A stretch of 63,976 nucleotides of DNA, filler included, from Sandaracinaceae bacterium (GTDB lineage Bacteria; Myxococcota_A; Polyangia; Polyangiales; JADJQN01): assembly GCA_947483975.1 (NCBI GenBank). It is 5 parts of 5 records of this genome, joined end to end, with 100 filler letters (N's around TTAATTAATTAA, not from the genome) between each part and the next. Parts side by side here need not be neighbours in the genome. Positions count along the whole stretch, not along the records: positions 26,805 to 40,034 come from CANKOL010000120.1; positions 40,135 to 53,304 come from CANKOL010000121.1; 3 more parts are not named here. One strand, given 5' to 3'. The position numbers and the translations under genes were made by a program. Positions within the stretch are counted from its first letter, which is position 1. Each line of letters begins with the position of its first letter. Below, one piece after another: positions 38,059 to 48,746 of the stretch. The notes beneath the pieces are model-generated. The model saw nothing but the letters and a program-made list of their open reading frames with translations. It made no database searches and had not been told where the DNA came from.

Positions 38059-39107
38059 GCCTCGCGCTGCTTGCGGCGCATCCGGAACGCCCCGGCGAGT
38101 AGCTCGCGCAGCAGCGTCGGATAGTCGATGCCCGCCGCGCGCGCCGCCGTCGGGAGCATCGCGCAGCCGCCGACGTCCTCGTCGCTCCACTCGAGCGAGC
38201 AATTCGGGTTCACCTCGAGCACGAACGGCCCGCGCTCGTCGAGGCGCAGGTCGACGCGCCCGTAGCCGCTCCCCTCGATCGCCGCGTACGCCGCGCGCGC
38301 GACCTGCTGCACTCGGCGGCGCATCATCAGCGACATCGGCGCCGGGCAGATCAGCTCGAAGTCGTTGTAGAGCGGCGAGCTCACGTCCCACTTCGTGTCG
38401 AAGGTGCGGATCCTGCGGTCGGCGGGGAACGACGCGCCGAAGCGCACCTCGAGCGGCGGCAGCACGCGCGGCCCGCGCGGCGTGTCGAGCACGCCGACGG
38501 TGACCTCGCGCCCGTCGACGTACTCCTCGATCAGCGCCTGCCCGTAGACCGCGCACACCTCCGCGATGCGCTCGCGAAGCGCGCCCTCGCCGTGCACCAC
38601 GGACGCGAGGCGAATGCCCGCGCTGCCTCCGCCGTCGCGCGGCTTGACGATCAGCGGCAGCCTCGCGAGCAGCTCGGGGGAGAGCGGCGCGTCGGCGCTG
38701 GTGACGACCTGCCACGCGGGCGTCGGCACATCGCAGGCGACGAAGCGCTCCTTCATGGCGACCTTGTCGCTGCCGATCGCGTACGCCGCCGCGCGTGAGC
38801 CCGTGTACGGGAGCCCGCGCCGCTCGAGCGCGGCGAGCGCCTCGAGGCCCGGCATCCCGTCGCGCTCGCGCCCCGAGCCGTCGCAGAGGTTGAGCACCGC
38901 CTCGCACTGCAGCCCGGCGACGACGGCGTCGACGTTGTCGAGGTGCACGTAGCGCGCGCTCACCTCGAAGCCGGCGCGGGCGACCGCCTCGAGCAGCGTG
39001 CGGTCGCAGTCGTCCGCGACGAGGTAGTCGAAGTTCTCGTCGCCTCGCCCGGAGTACGGTCCCGCGGGGTCGGGTAGCAGGACCACGACCCGAGATCGTT
39101 TGTGCAC
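37932..39107 (-). CDS. D-Ala-D-Ala-ligase-like ATP-grasp protein
   Basis: LPYTGS, IVKP..GGSAGI, EEYVDGREVTV, GYGRVDLR, LEVNPN; 3' end overlaps cysS by 127 bp. Confidence 0.8.
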   Translation of the reverse strand: MHKRSRVVVLLPDPAGPYSGRGDENFDYLVADDCDRTLLEAVARAGFEVSARYVHLDNVDAVVAGLQCEAVLNLCDGSGRERDGMPGLEALAALERRGLPYTGSRAAAYAIGSDKVAMKERFVACDVPTPAWQVVTSADAPLSPELLARLPLIVKPRDGGGSAGIRLASVVHGEGALRERIAEVCAVYGQALIEEYVDGREVTVGVLDTPRGPRVLPPLEVRFGASFPADRRIRTFDTKWDVSSPLYNDFELICPAPMSLMMRRRVQQVARAAYAAIEGSGYGRVDLRLDERGPFVLEVNPNCSLEWSDEDVGGCAMLPTAARAAGIDYPTLLRELLAGAFRMRRKQREAQGMRQLVLPMPSISSTPSAVSSSRSASARAKSLAARASSRA

Positions 39108-39316
39108 CGAGGATTCGCCGGCTCGCTCCACTCAGCGCGAGTACACGGGGACCGCTTCGCCGATGCAAGTGGGACCCGCGCACTTTGGGGGAATTTCGTC
39201 CAAAATCGCCGCGTGCAGGGGGCGTCGGGTCGGGGCGAGCGCCCCGCGACGGATCGTCGGGCAGTTTGTGTGCACGCTTTCACCAAGCTTCCCGGCGCGC
39301 GCGTCGGCGTGCGAGG

Positions 39317-40034
39317 ATGACCGTCGTGATCACGGGCAACCTCGCGCGGACGCCGTTCGCGCACCTCATCCTCTACGTGCGGGAGCACGGCCTCAGCGGG
39401 ACGCTCGCCGTGTGGCCAGCCGGCACGACGGATGACGCGATGGCCACGGGCAGCGCGCGCGAGCGTGCGGATCGCCTGTACTTCAGCGCGGGCGCGCGCA
39501 AGAAGGGCCGCCTGTCGGAGGTCGCGTCGAGCCTCGACCGCGGGCTGCTGCCGCTCTTTCAGCGGCTCGATGGGCCGTTCGTCTTCTATCCCGACGCCGA
39601 CTACGTCGGCGATGGCGAGACCGTTCAGCCCGCCGTCAGCACCGACCTCGCGCTGATCGCCGCGTCGACGCGCGGTCCCGTGCGCGACGACGTCATCGAG
39701 GTGGTCCTCGGCCGCTTCGCGAGCGGCCCCGTGCGGCTGCGCTCCGACGCGGACCTGCGCGGGCTCGAGCTGCTGCCGCGCGAGCAGGTCGTGCTCGACG
39801 TGCTGCGCAGCGGACCTGCGCCCGTCGCCGACCTCGTCGCGAGCGGCGGCATGGAGCCGCGCGCCGCGCGAAAGGTGCTGTATCTCCTCGCGATCACGAA
39901 GGCGATCGAGCCCTTCGATGCGATGCGGCAGACGGCCCAGGTGCAAGCCGCGCGCGCCGCCCGAGACGCCCAGGACGCCTCCGCCTTGCCGAGGCCGGCG
40001 ACCGCGACGCCGCTGCCGAGGCCGGCCACCGCGA
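39317..40034 (+). CDS. DUF4388-like N-terminal domain protein (myxobacterial DnaJ/TPR type), 3'-truncated
   Basis: GNLARTPFAHLILY...SGTL motif; runs into the spacer. Confidence 0.55.
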
Positions 40035-40134
40035 NNNNNNNNNNNNNNNNNNNNNNNNNNNNNNNNNNNNNNNNNNNNTTAATTAATTAANNNNNNNNNN
40101 NNNNNNNNNNNNNNNNNNNNNNNNNNNNNNNNNN
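40035..40134. other. Artificial contig spacer
   Basis: N run with TTAATTAATTAA. Confidence 0.99.
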
Positions 40135-40154
40135 CGAGGGTTGGGGGGGAGGGG

Positions 40155-41564
<1,410 letters not shown>

Positions 41565-41699
41565 CTAGGCGCGCTTCGGCCCGCCGCAAGCGCGGAAAAG
41601 CACCAACTTGCGCGCGTGCAAACGAAGGCCGAGGGTGAGACGCGACGCCCCGCAGCGTGCCGCGTTGCGTCATTCACGTATGTTCCGCGCGAGGTGCAG

Positions 41700-42638
41700 A
41701 TGGCGTTCACGGCGGAGTCCGTTCCAGAGCTCGCGGGAAAGACCTTCGTCATCACGGGCGCCAACAGCGGCATCGGGCTCGCGGCGGCGAGGCTGCTCGC
41801 GGCGCGGCGCGCGACGGTCGTGCTCGCGTGCCGCGATGCGGCAAAGATGCGCGCGGCTGCCGAGAAACTCCGCGCGTCGAGCCCTGGCGCGCAGGTCGAG
41901 GAGGTCGTGCTCGACCTCGGCTCGCTCGCGGCGGTGCGCGCGTCGGCGGCTGAGATCGGCGAGCGCTTCCCGCGCGTGGACGTGCTGATCAACAACGCGG
42001 GCGTCGCGTTTCTCCCGTACCGCGAGACGGTCGACGGCGTCGAGCTTCAGTTCGGCACGAACCACCTCGCGCACTTCGCGCTGACGGCGCTGCTCTTGCC
42101 GCGGCTGCTCGCCGCCGAGGCGTCGCGCGTCGTCAACGTCACGAGCTTGTTTCACGAGGCCGGCAAGCTCGACCTCGCGGACATCCCGCGGCCGCGCGCC
42201 TACGACGAGCGGCGGGCCTATGGGATGAGCAAGCTCGCCAACCTCCTCTTCACGTACGAGCTGGATCGGCGCGCGAAGGAGGCGGGGAGGGCGCTGCGCA
42301 GCGTCGCGTGTCATCCGGGCTACTCGGCGACGAGCCTGACGGGGGTTGGCCCGCGGATGAGCGGCTCCGCGTGGCTGGGCGCGCTGATGAGCGCGGGCAA
42401 CGTCGTGCTCGCGCAGAGCGCCGAGATGGGCGCGCTGCCGACGCTCTACGCGGCCGTGGAGCCGAGCCTCGTCGGCGGGGAGTACGTCGGCCCGACGGGG
42501 CTCTTCGGGCTGCGCGGCCCTCCCGTCGTCAGCCGCTCGAGCGAGGCGTCGCACGACCGCGCTTCGGCGCGCGCGCTCTGGGAGGTCTCCGAGCGGCTGA
42601 CGCGGCTCCGCTTCGAGCTTGGCGCGGCGCCGCGGTAG
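41700..42638 (+). CDS. Short-chain dehydrogenase/reductase (retinol-DH/WWOX-like)
   Basis: TGANSGIG, NNAG, YGMSK, HPG motifs; GAGG RBS. Confidence 0.9.
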   Translation: MAFTAESVPELAGKTFVITGANSGIGLAAARLLAARRATVVLACRDAAKMRAAAEKLRASSPGAQVEEVVLDLGSLAAVRASAAEIGERFPRVDVLINNAGVAFLPYRETVDGVELQFGTNHLAHFALTALLLPRLLAAEASRVVNVTSLFHEAGKLDLADIPRPRAYDERRAYGMSKLANLLFTYELDRRAKEAGRALRSVACHPGYSATSLTGVGPRMSGSAWLGALMSAGNVVLAQSAEMGALPTLYAAVEPSLVGGEYVGPTGLFGLRGPPVVSRSSEASHDRASARALWEVSERLTRLRFELGAAPR

Positions 42639-43061
42639 GAGCGCGCGTCCCGGGCGCGGGTCGGAACGTCGTCGTCGCGATGGGCTGGAGGGGGCTTCGA
42701 CGACCACGGCAGCGGACAGCCGAGGTCGGAGCTTCGCCGGAAGCGCAGGGCTCTGAGGGCTGCCACGTTCGTGATTGGGAGCGTCGATGACCTTCCGTGA
42801 CCAGAAAGCTCAGCTATCCGGAGGCAGCCTGGAGGTTCTGAGCGCCAAGCTCAGCTATGCCTGTCGCTGGAGGGACCATGGCGCGAGAGGCTCCACGCAT
42901 TTGGCCCATCGGCTCCGCGACGCGCTGCTGGCGTCCGCCCGCCTGCCTGAGCCGCGGTCGCCGCGCAGCGCCTCGTGCCTCGCGGCGCCGCCGTGCCGCC
43001 GCGGGCTGAGCGCCGCGCGACGATGATCGCGCTGGCCATCGATCCTGTACATTCGGGCGCG

Positions 43062-44444
43062 ATGTCTGGACCTGTCGTCGACGTGCGCTTCGAGCGAGAG
43101 GTGTCGCTGGAGTCGCTCGAGCCGGTGATGCTCGACGTCGCCGGGGCTCTGGCGGGGCGCGCCCTCTCTTGGAGCGCCGCCGAGCGCGTGACGACCCCCG
43201 ACGAGAACTTCGGACTTGGGGAGTGCTTCGCGTCCACGCGGCGGGCGGAGGGCTGCTCGCTCTCGCTCTCGGTCGGCAACGACGGCTTCGGCAACCCGCG
43301 CGATGGGGCCGGGTACTACCACGGGCTCGAGCTGGAGCTCGGCGCGGCGGAAGCGCTCATTCGGATCCGGCACGGGCAGGGCGGCACGAGCGCCGCGACG
43401 CGCTGGCTGAGGCTCGAGCTCGAGACCGCGCCCGCGGAGCGGCGGCGGGCGGTGTTCGAGGCGCTGAGGTCCGAGCTCTTCGCGTCGCTGGCTCGCCGGG
43501 GGGTCGGGGCGCGCGACGAGTCGGCGGCCTCCACGCGCTGCTTGCTCAACGTCTCGCTCGTCGGTCACACCGATCCGGCTTGGGCCGTCGCGCTCGCCGA
43601 CGAAGGGGTCGCGGCGGGCGCCGCGGGAGCTCACGAAGACCGCGCCTCGCTCGCGCTCCTGATCGAGCAGCGCGTGAAGCTCGGGCCTGCGCCTGACCTT
43701 CTGGCGACCCGGCTGGCGCTCGCGCCGATGTCCCTCGACGCGTGGACCGGCGCGCGAGCCCAGCTGCCCGCCGGCGTGAAGCTCGGGGACGTCGAAGGCG
43801 CGATCGCCAGGCTCACGCCCCACGACCGAGAGGCTGTGCTCCGGTCTCGGCTCGCCAAGATCGCCCCGGTGTGGCTCGCCCACCCGCTCTCGTGTGCAGA
43901 GCCCCGGGCGCCGCTCGGGGACACAAGAGCGCCCGCGCTCGACACGAAGCTCCGAGTGCCGGCGGATAGCGGCTGGCTGCACGCCGAGGACGGTCTCGGC
44001 ATCACGGAACGCCCCCCCGCTGCGTACGCGATCGCGTACACGCTCATGCCGACGCTCGTGGAGGGTGACCGTGACGGGACGCCGCTGCCGGACGGCGTCC
44101 AGAATATCCGTCGCTATGCGTGCCGGCAGGGCAAGGCGCTCCTCGTGGCGAGCGCGCTCGAGGAGCTAGGCCGAGGCGGCGACGCGGTCACAGCGCGCGA
44201 GGCCATGGCCTCCCGCGACCTCGGGGCCCTCCGCGCCCAATACGCCGCGCTCGAGCGCCCCGGTGCCTTCGGGGAGGACGCGGAGCAGCGCGCGATCGCG
44301 GCGACCACGCTCGGGGCAGTGCAGGCGGCGATGGCCGTGGTCGCCCAGGACGACTCCACGCTCGTCGAGTCGCTCGCGAACCTGCGTCGACAGCGGGCCT
44401 GGCTCCTGTGCCAGCGCGGCGCCGCGCCGAGGCACGCTGGCTGA
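43062..44444 (+). CDS. Hypothetical protein
   Basis: Long ORF with plausible codon usage filling the interval; no recognised motif; start uncertain (43023 or 43062). Confidence 0.5.
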   Translation: MSGPVVDVRFEREVSLESLEPVMLDVAGALAGRALSWSAAERVTTPDENFGLGECFASTRRAEGCSLSLSVGNDGFGNPRDGAGYYHGLELELGAAEALIRIRHGQGGTSAATRWLRLELETAPAERRRAVFEALRSELFASLARRGVGARDESAASTRCLLNVSLVGHTDPAWAVALADEGVAAGAAGAHEDRASLALLIEQRVKLGPAPDLLATRLALAPMSLDAWTGARAQLPAGVKLGDVEGAIARLTPHDREAVLRSRLAKIAPVWLAHPLSCAEPRAPLGDTRAPALDTKLRVPADSGWLHAEDGLGITERPPAAYAIAYTLMPTLVEGDRDGTPLPDGVQNIRRYACRQGKALLVASALEELGRGGDAVTAREAMASRDLGALRAQYAALERPGAFGEDAEQRAIAATTLGAVQAAMAVVAQDDSTLVESLANLRRQRAWLLCQRGAAPRHAG

Positions 44445-44548
44445 GCGCTGCACCCGTCGCGCGCCCTCGCTTGCCCGTCGGAGGCCTGCGCGCCGAGGCG
44501 GCGGCTGCGCGACTGAACCGGAGTCACCGCTCCGCGCGTGAGTCGGCG

Positions 44549-45172
44549 TCAGTCCGCGTCGCTCGCCGTGCCCGGGCCGCCGAGCAGAAAGCCCACGTTG
44601 GCCGTGAACATCACGACCGCGCCCGCGTCGGGCACGCGGGAGAACTCGGCGCGGCTCGTGACGCCGGCGTCGAGGCGGAGCGCCGCGGTGAAGCGCAGCG
44701 GGCTCGTGCGCGGAAGCTCCACGCCGGCTTCGGCGTAGAGCCCGTAGAGGCTCGCGTTCTCGAAGGCGTAGCCGTCGACGTACGTCCAGCCGAGGCCGAG
44801 CCCGCCGCCGAGGAAGTAGCCGACCGACGCGCGCGGGCTGAGAAAGCCTCGGCAGCCGACGTCCACGAGGAGGAACTGCGCCGCGCTCGGCTGGGCCCCG
44901 CGCGGGCCGAGGTACGGGGCGCTCCCCGCCGCGCCGAGGCGCGCCCCGAGGGCGAAGGCGAAGGAAGGCACCTCGATCCCGAGGTGGACGTCGCCGCCGT
45001 TGACGAAGGACGTGCCGAGGCCGCCCGCCGCGCCGCTGAGGCCGCGCAGCTCGAGCGTGACGTTGTCGAACAGCTTGCTGATGTCGGGATCGGCGTGCGC
45101 GCGCTGCGGCGCTCCGACGAAGAGCGCGGCGAGGACGCCCACGACCGCCCAGGCTCTCACAAAACGCCTCAT
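44549..45172 (-). CDS. Secreted protein, probable outer-membrane beta-barrel
   Basis: Signal peptide; Gly/aromatic amphipathic strands; start coupled to the upstream stop. Confidence 0.65.
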   Translation of the reverse strand: MRRFVRAWAVVGVLAALFVGAPQRAHADPDISKLFDNVTLELRGLSGAAGGLGTSFVNGGDVHLGIEVPSFAFALGARLGAAGSAPYLGPRGAQPSAAQFLLVDVGCRGFLSPRASVGYFLGGGLGLGWTYVDGYAFENASLYGLYAEAGVELPRTSPLRFTAALRLDAGVTSRAEFSRVPDAGAVVMFTANVGFLLGGPGTASDAD

Positions 45173-45966
45173 CGCAGCGTCAGCCCGAGGGAGCCGCTCG
45201 CGATCGTGCGGACCGCGCCCCCGTGGAACGGCCCGCCGATCGGCTCCGAGCGCGTGCGCACGACGGTCACGCGGAACGTGCAGCCCGTCGCGTCCCCCGC
45301 GGGGTGAAGCCGCGCCGCGTCGAGGGCGTAGCTGCCCACGTCCGCCGTGCTCTCGACCAGCGTCGGTGAGGAGCAGTGCGCGGTGTCGGTCGCGGTCGCC
45401 ACGACGCGCACGGTGCTCCCCGCGAGCGGCGCCCAGATGACCGTGAGCGGGTCCGTGTAGCGCGCCGTGGCCATCGCGGTGCCGCCGAGCGTGGGCGCCG
45501 GCGCCGCGACCTCGTCGAGCGGGCGAGACGTCGCCGCCTCACCGTCGCGCACGAGCGTGAAGAGGTGCCGCGCGCGCCCTCCGACCTCGACCTCGTAGCG
45601 GAGCGCGGCCCACGGCATCAGCGCGAGCTCGTCGCCGACCACCGAATTGTCCACGCGGAGCAGGGGCACACCGTCCACCGCGATCGCGTCGCCCCCGACG
45701 AGCTCGAGGTCGCTGCCCTCCTCGTCGAGCACGCGGAACTCGGCGACCGCGCGCCCCGGCCGCCCCTCTGCGCTGACGAGCGTGTACGTCACGTAGAAGC
45801 CCGCCGTGTCGAGGTTCGTCGAGTGCGTCGTAGACGAGCACGCCGCCGCGAGCAGCGCGACCGCGCCGCACAGCGCCGCGCGAGCCGAAAGGAGATGGCC
45901 CCGCCGCGAGAGACCTGCGCGCCCCGCGACCGCATTCCTCGTCGCTCGCGTCAAACGGTCCAGCAT
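45169..45966 (-). CDS. Hypothetical lipoprotein
   Basis: Lipobox LAAAC-SST; beta-rich mature part. Confidence 0.65.
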   Translation of the reverse strand: MLDRLTRATRNAVAGRAGLSRRGHLLSARAALCGAVALLAAACSSTTHSTNLDTAGFYVTYTLVSAEGRPGRAVAEFRVLDEEGSDLELVGGDAIAVDGVPLLRVDNSVVGDELALMPWAALRYEVEVGGRARHLFTLVRDGEAATSRPLDEVAAPAPTLGGTAMATARYTDPLTVIWAPLAGSTVRVVATATDTAHCSSPTLVESTADVGSYALDAARLHPAGDATGCTFRVTVVRTRSEPIGGPFHGGAVRTIASGSLGLTLR

Positions 45967-46024
45967 CGCCGAGCGACCCTGCCAGCGGCCCCGCGCGAAG
46001 TCAAAGCGCTGCGCCGTCACCCGC

Positions 46025-47272
46025 TCAGCGCGTCTCCCAGAGTGCCCTGATCGGCACCGCGTACAACCCATCGCCGAATCCCACGCTCGTCTCACCGTCG
46101 TAGAGCACGACACCCGCCGCGAAGCGCTTGCCCGTGGCGTCCTTGAGCTTCCTGAGGGAGCGGAAGTCCGCGGCGGTGACGGTGGCTGAGGCCTTGATCT
46201 CGATACCCGCGAGGCCATCCGCGCCGCGCTCCAGCACGAGGTCCACCTCGGAGCCGTCCTTGTCGCGGTAGTGGTGAAAGCGGATCTCGGCGTCCTCCCA
46301 GGAGGCCTGTCGGCTCAGTTCTTGGAATACGAACGTCTCGAGCAGCTGACCAAATGTGTCTCGATCCTTCGCGAGCGCGGCCGCGTCGAGCCCGAGCAGC
46401 GCGCAGGCGAGCCCCGTGTCGCCGACGTGCAATTTGGGGGTCTTGACCAGCCGACTCAGCCGGTTGGTGTGCCACGGCGGGAGCTCGTCCAAGAGAAAGA
46501 CGCGTTCGAGCAGGGTCACGTAGTCCCGGATGGTCGGGCGGCTCAGCTGGAATGGGCTCGCCAGGTCGCTGACGTTCATCAGCCGCGCGGTCTGACCGGC
46601 GGCGAGCGTCAGCAGGCGCGGCAGCGCGTCGAGCGAGGCGATGCGCGCGAGGTCGCGGACGTCACGCTGGACGAGGCTCTCGACGTAGTCCCGATGCCAG
46701 GTGGCGCGGCGACGCGCCGTGGAGCGCGCGAGCGCCGCAGGATAACCTCCCGCGACGATTCGCTCGGCGAGCGCGCTGCCGAGTCGATCCAGCTTGCGCG
46801 TCTTGAAGGCGCCGTTGAACAGCGCTCCGAGAAAGCCGGGTCGGCGCTCCGCCAGCTCGCACTGCGCCAGGGGATGCAGCCGCAGGACCCCGAGCCGCCC
46901 GGCGAGCGAGTCCGCGAGCGTCGGCAGCAAGAGCACGTTGGCCGAGCCCGTCAGCAGGAAGCGGCCGGGCTCGCGTCGCCGGTCCACGACGGCCTTGAGT
47001 GTCCTGAATATACCGGGAGCTCGCTGGACCTCGTCGAGGATCACGCGCTCGGGAAGGTCGGAGACGAAGCCCACGGGGTCGGTCGTCGCGGCCGCGAGCG
47101 TGACCTCGTCGTCGAAGCTGAGATAGACGTAGCCATGCTTCCGGCACGCGACCTGGGCCAGCGTGGTCTTCCCGCACTGCCGGGGCCCGTGGATCAGCAC
47201 GACGGGGGTGTCGGCGAGGGCCTCGGCCAGGCGCGGCTCCGCAAAGCGGGGCAGGATTTCTTCGGTCTTCAC
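46025..47272 (-). CDS. AAA_14 ATPase with DUF4143 (C-terminal nuclease-like EVD...EIK motif)
   Basis: GPRQCGKTTL, ILDEVQR, LLTGSA, GGYP, KTPKLHVGDTGL, HYRDKDGSEVDLVLE...IEIKA. Confidence 0.88.
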   Translation of the reverse strand: MKTEEILPRFAEPRLAEALADTPVVLIHGPRQCGKTTLAQVACRKHGYVYLSFDDEVTLAAATTDPVGFVSDLPERVILDEVQRAPGIFRTLKAVVDRRREPGRFLLTGSANVLLLPTLADSLAGRLGVLRLHPLAQCELAERRPGFLGALFNGAFKTRKLDRLGSALAERIVAGGYPAALARSTARRRATWHRDYVESLVQRDVRDLARIASLDALPRLLTLAAGQTARLMNVSDLASPFQLSRPTIRDYVTLLERVFLLDELPPWHTNRLSRLVKTPKLHVGDTGLACALLGLDAAALAKDRDTFGQLLETFVFQELSRQASWEDAEIRFHHYRDKDGSEVDLVLERGADGLAGIEIKASATVTAADFRSLRKLKDATGKRFAAGVVLYDGETSVGFGDGLYAVPIRALWETR

Positions 47273-47274
47273 TG

Positions 47275-47366
47275 CGGCTGATTGTAAGGTTTGGTTGCGT
47301 CTAAGTGCAAGGTGCAGGGTCGTCCAAGTGAAATGTTTGGGTGCGTCCATCTGAAAGGCTCGGCGC
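47275..47366. repeat. Four degenerate 23-bp direct repeats overlapping a sigma-70-like promoter
   Basis: Units at 47275, 47298, 47321, 47344 (consensus CGTCYAAGTGNAAGGTTTGGGTG); minus-strand TTGCAC (47310-47305), N18, TACAAT (47286-47281), 8 nt before the GTG start. Confidence 0.7.
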
Positions 47367-47471
47367 AGGGCGCGCGTTGCCCAACGAAGCGCCGCGCGAA
47401 GCGCTGTTCCGCTCGCTGCGCGCCGCGAGTATCCTCGCGCGCCGCCCATCGTGGCGGAGGAGGACTCTCGT

Positions 47472-48671
47472 ATGCGCATCCTGGTCGCCGACAAGCTCGC
47501 GTCGTTCGTCTCTGGCCGTCTGCAGGATCTCGGCGCGCGCGTCGAGGTCGACGCGAAGCTCGAGGGGGAGTCGCTCGCCGAGCGGATCCGCGCGTTCGAT
47601 CCCGAGGTGCTCGTCGTGCGCAGCACGAAGGTCACGGCGGCGCACATCGACGCGGGGCGCACGCTCTCGCTGATCGTGCGCGCGGGCGCGGGCGTGAACA
47701 CCATCGACCTCGCCTCGGCGTCGGCGCGCGGCGTCTACGTCACGAACTGCCCGGGGAAGAACGCGGCGGCGGTCGCGGAGCTCGCGATCGGGCACCTGCT
47801 GAACCTCGACCGGCGCATCGCGGACAACGTCGCGGCGCTGCGCGCGCATCGCTGGGACAAGAAGTCGTTCGGCGTCGCGCGGGGCCTCCGCGGGCGTACG
47901 CTCGCGGTGCTCGGCTGCGGGGCGATCGGCAAAGAGGTCATCACCCGCGCGCAGGCGCTCGGCATGAAGATCGTCGGCTGGTCCGAGTTTCGCCCGGGTG
48001 AGGCGGAGGCGCTCGGCATCACGCGCGCGGCGACCGCCGAGGCCGCCGTGTCCAACGCCGACGCGGTCACCGTGCACCTGCCGCTGACGCCCGAGACGGA
48101 GAAGCGCATCGGCGCGAGCGTGTTCTCTGCGATGAAGCAGGGCGCGTACTTCGTGAACACCTCGCGCGGTGAGGTCGTCGACCAGGAGGCGCTGCTCGAG
48201 GCGTGCACGACGCGCGGGCTGCGCGCGGGGCTCGATGTGTTCGCGGGGGAGCCTTCGGCGGCGCAGGGCGCGTTCGAGGGCGCCGTCGCGGATCACCCGA
48301 ACGTCTACGGGACGCACCACATCGGCGCGAGTACGGACGAGGCGGAGGAGTCCGTGGGCGAGGAGGTCGTGCGCATCGTCGCGGCGTACCAGAACGCCGA
48401 GTCGATCCCGAACTGCGTGAACCTCGCGGTGCGCTCGGCGGCGACGCACGTGATCGTCGTGCGCCACGCGGACCGCGTCGGCGTGCTCGCGCACGTGCTG
48501 CGCGTGCTCAGCGAGGCGAAGCACAACGTGCAGGGCATGGAGAACATCGTGTTCTCCGGCTCGCACGCGGGCTGCGCGCGCGTCGAGGTCGTCGGGGAGC
48601 CGACGCAGGAGATCCTGCGCGCGATCGAGGGCAACGCGGACGTGTTCCACGTGTCGGCGTCCAAGGTCTGA
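47472..48671 (+). CDS. serA: D-3-phosphoglycerate dehydrogenase-like D-2-hydroxyacid dehydrogenase with ACT domain
   Basis: RAGAGVNTID, NAAAVAEL, GCGAIG, NTSRG, HHIGASTDEA, C-terminal ACT (HADRVGVLAHV); GGAGGAGG RBS. Confidence 0.8.
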   Translation: MRILVADKLASFVSGRLQDLGARVEVDAKLEGESLAERIRAFDPEVLVVRSTKVTAAHIDAGRTLSLIVRAGAGVNTIDLASASARGVYVTNCPGKNAAAVAELAIGHLLNLDRRIADNVAALRAHRWDKKSFGVARGLRGRTLAVLGCGAIGKEVITRAQALGMKIVGWSEFRPGEAEALGITRAATAEAAVSNADAVTVHLPLTPETEKRIGASVFSAMKQGAYFVNTSRGEVVDQEALLEACTTRGLRAGLDVFAGEPSAAQGAFEGAVADHPNVYGTHHIGASTDEAEESVGEEVVRIVAAYQNAESIPNCVNLAVRSAATHVIVVRHADRVGVLAHVLRVLSEAKHNVQGMENIVFSGSHAGCARVEVVGEPTQEILRAIEGNADVFHVSASKV

Positions 48672-48746
48672 GACGGGGCGCCGCGCGCGCTGGCCGTCTC
48701 GGCTCGGGGTCTGGCGCGGACCGCCGGGCGCGTTCACTTGGGTCGC

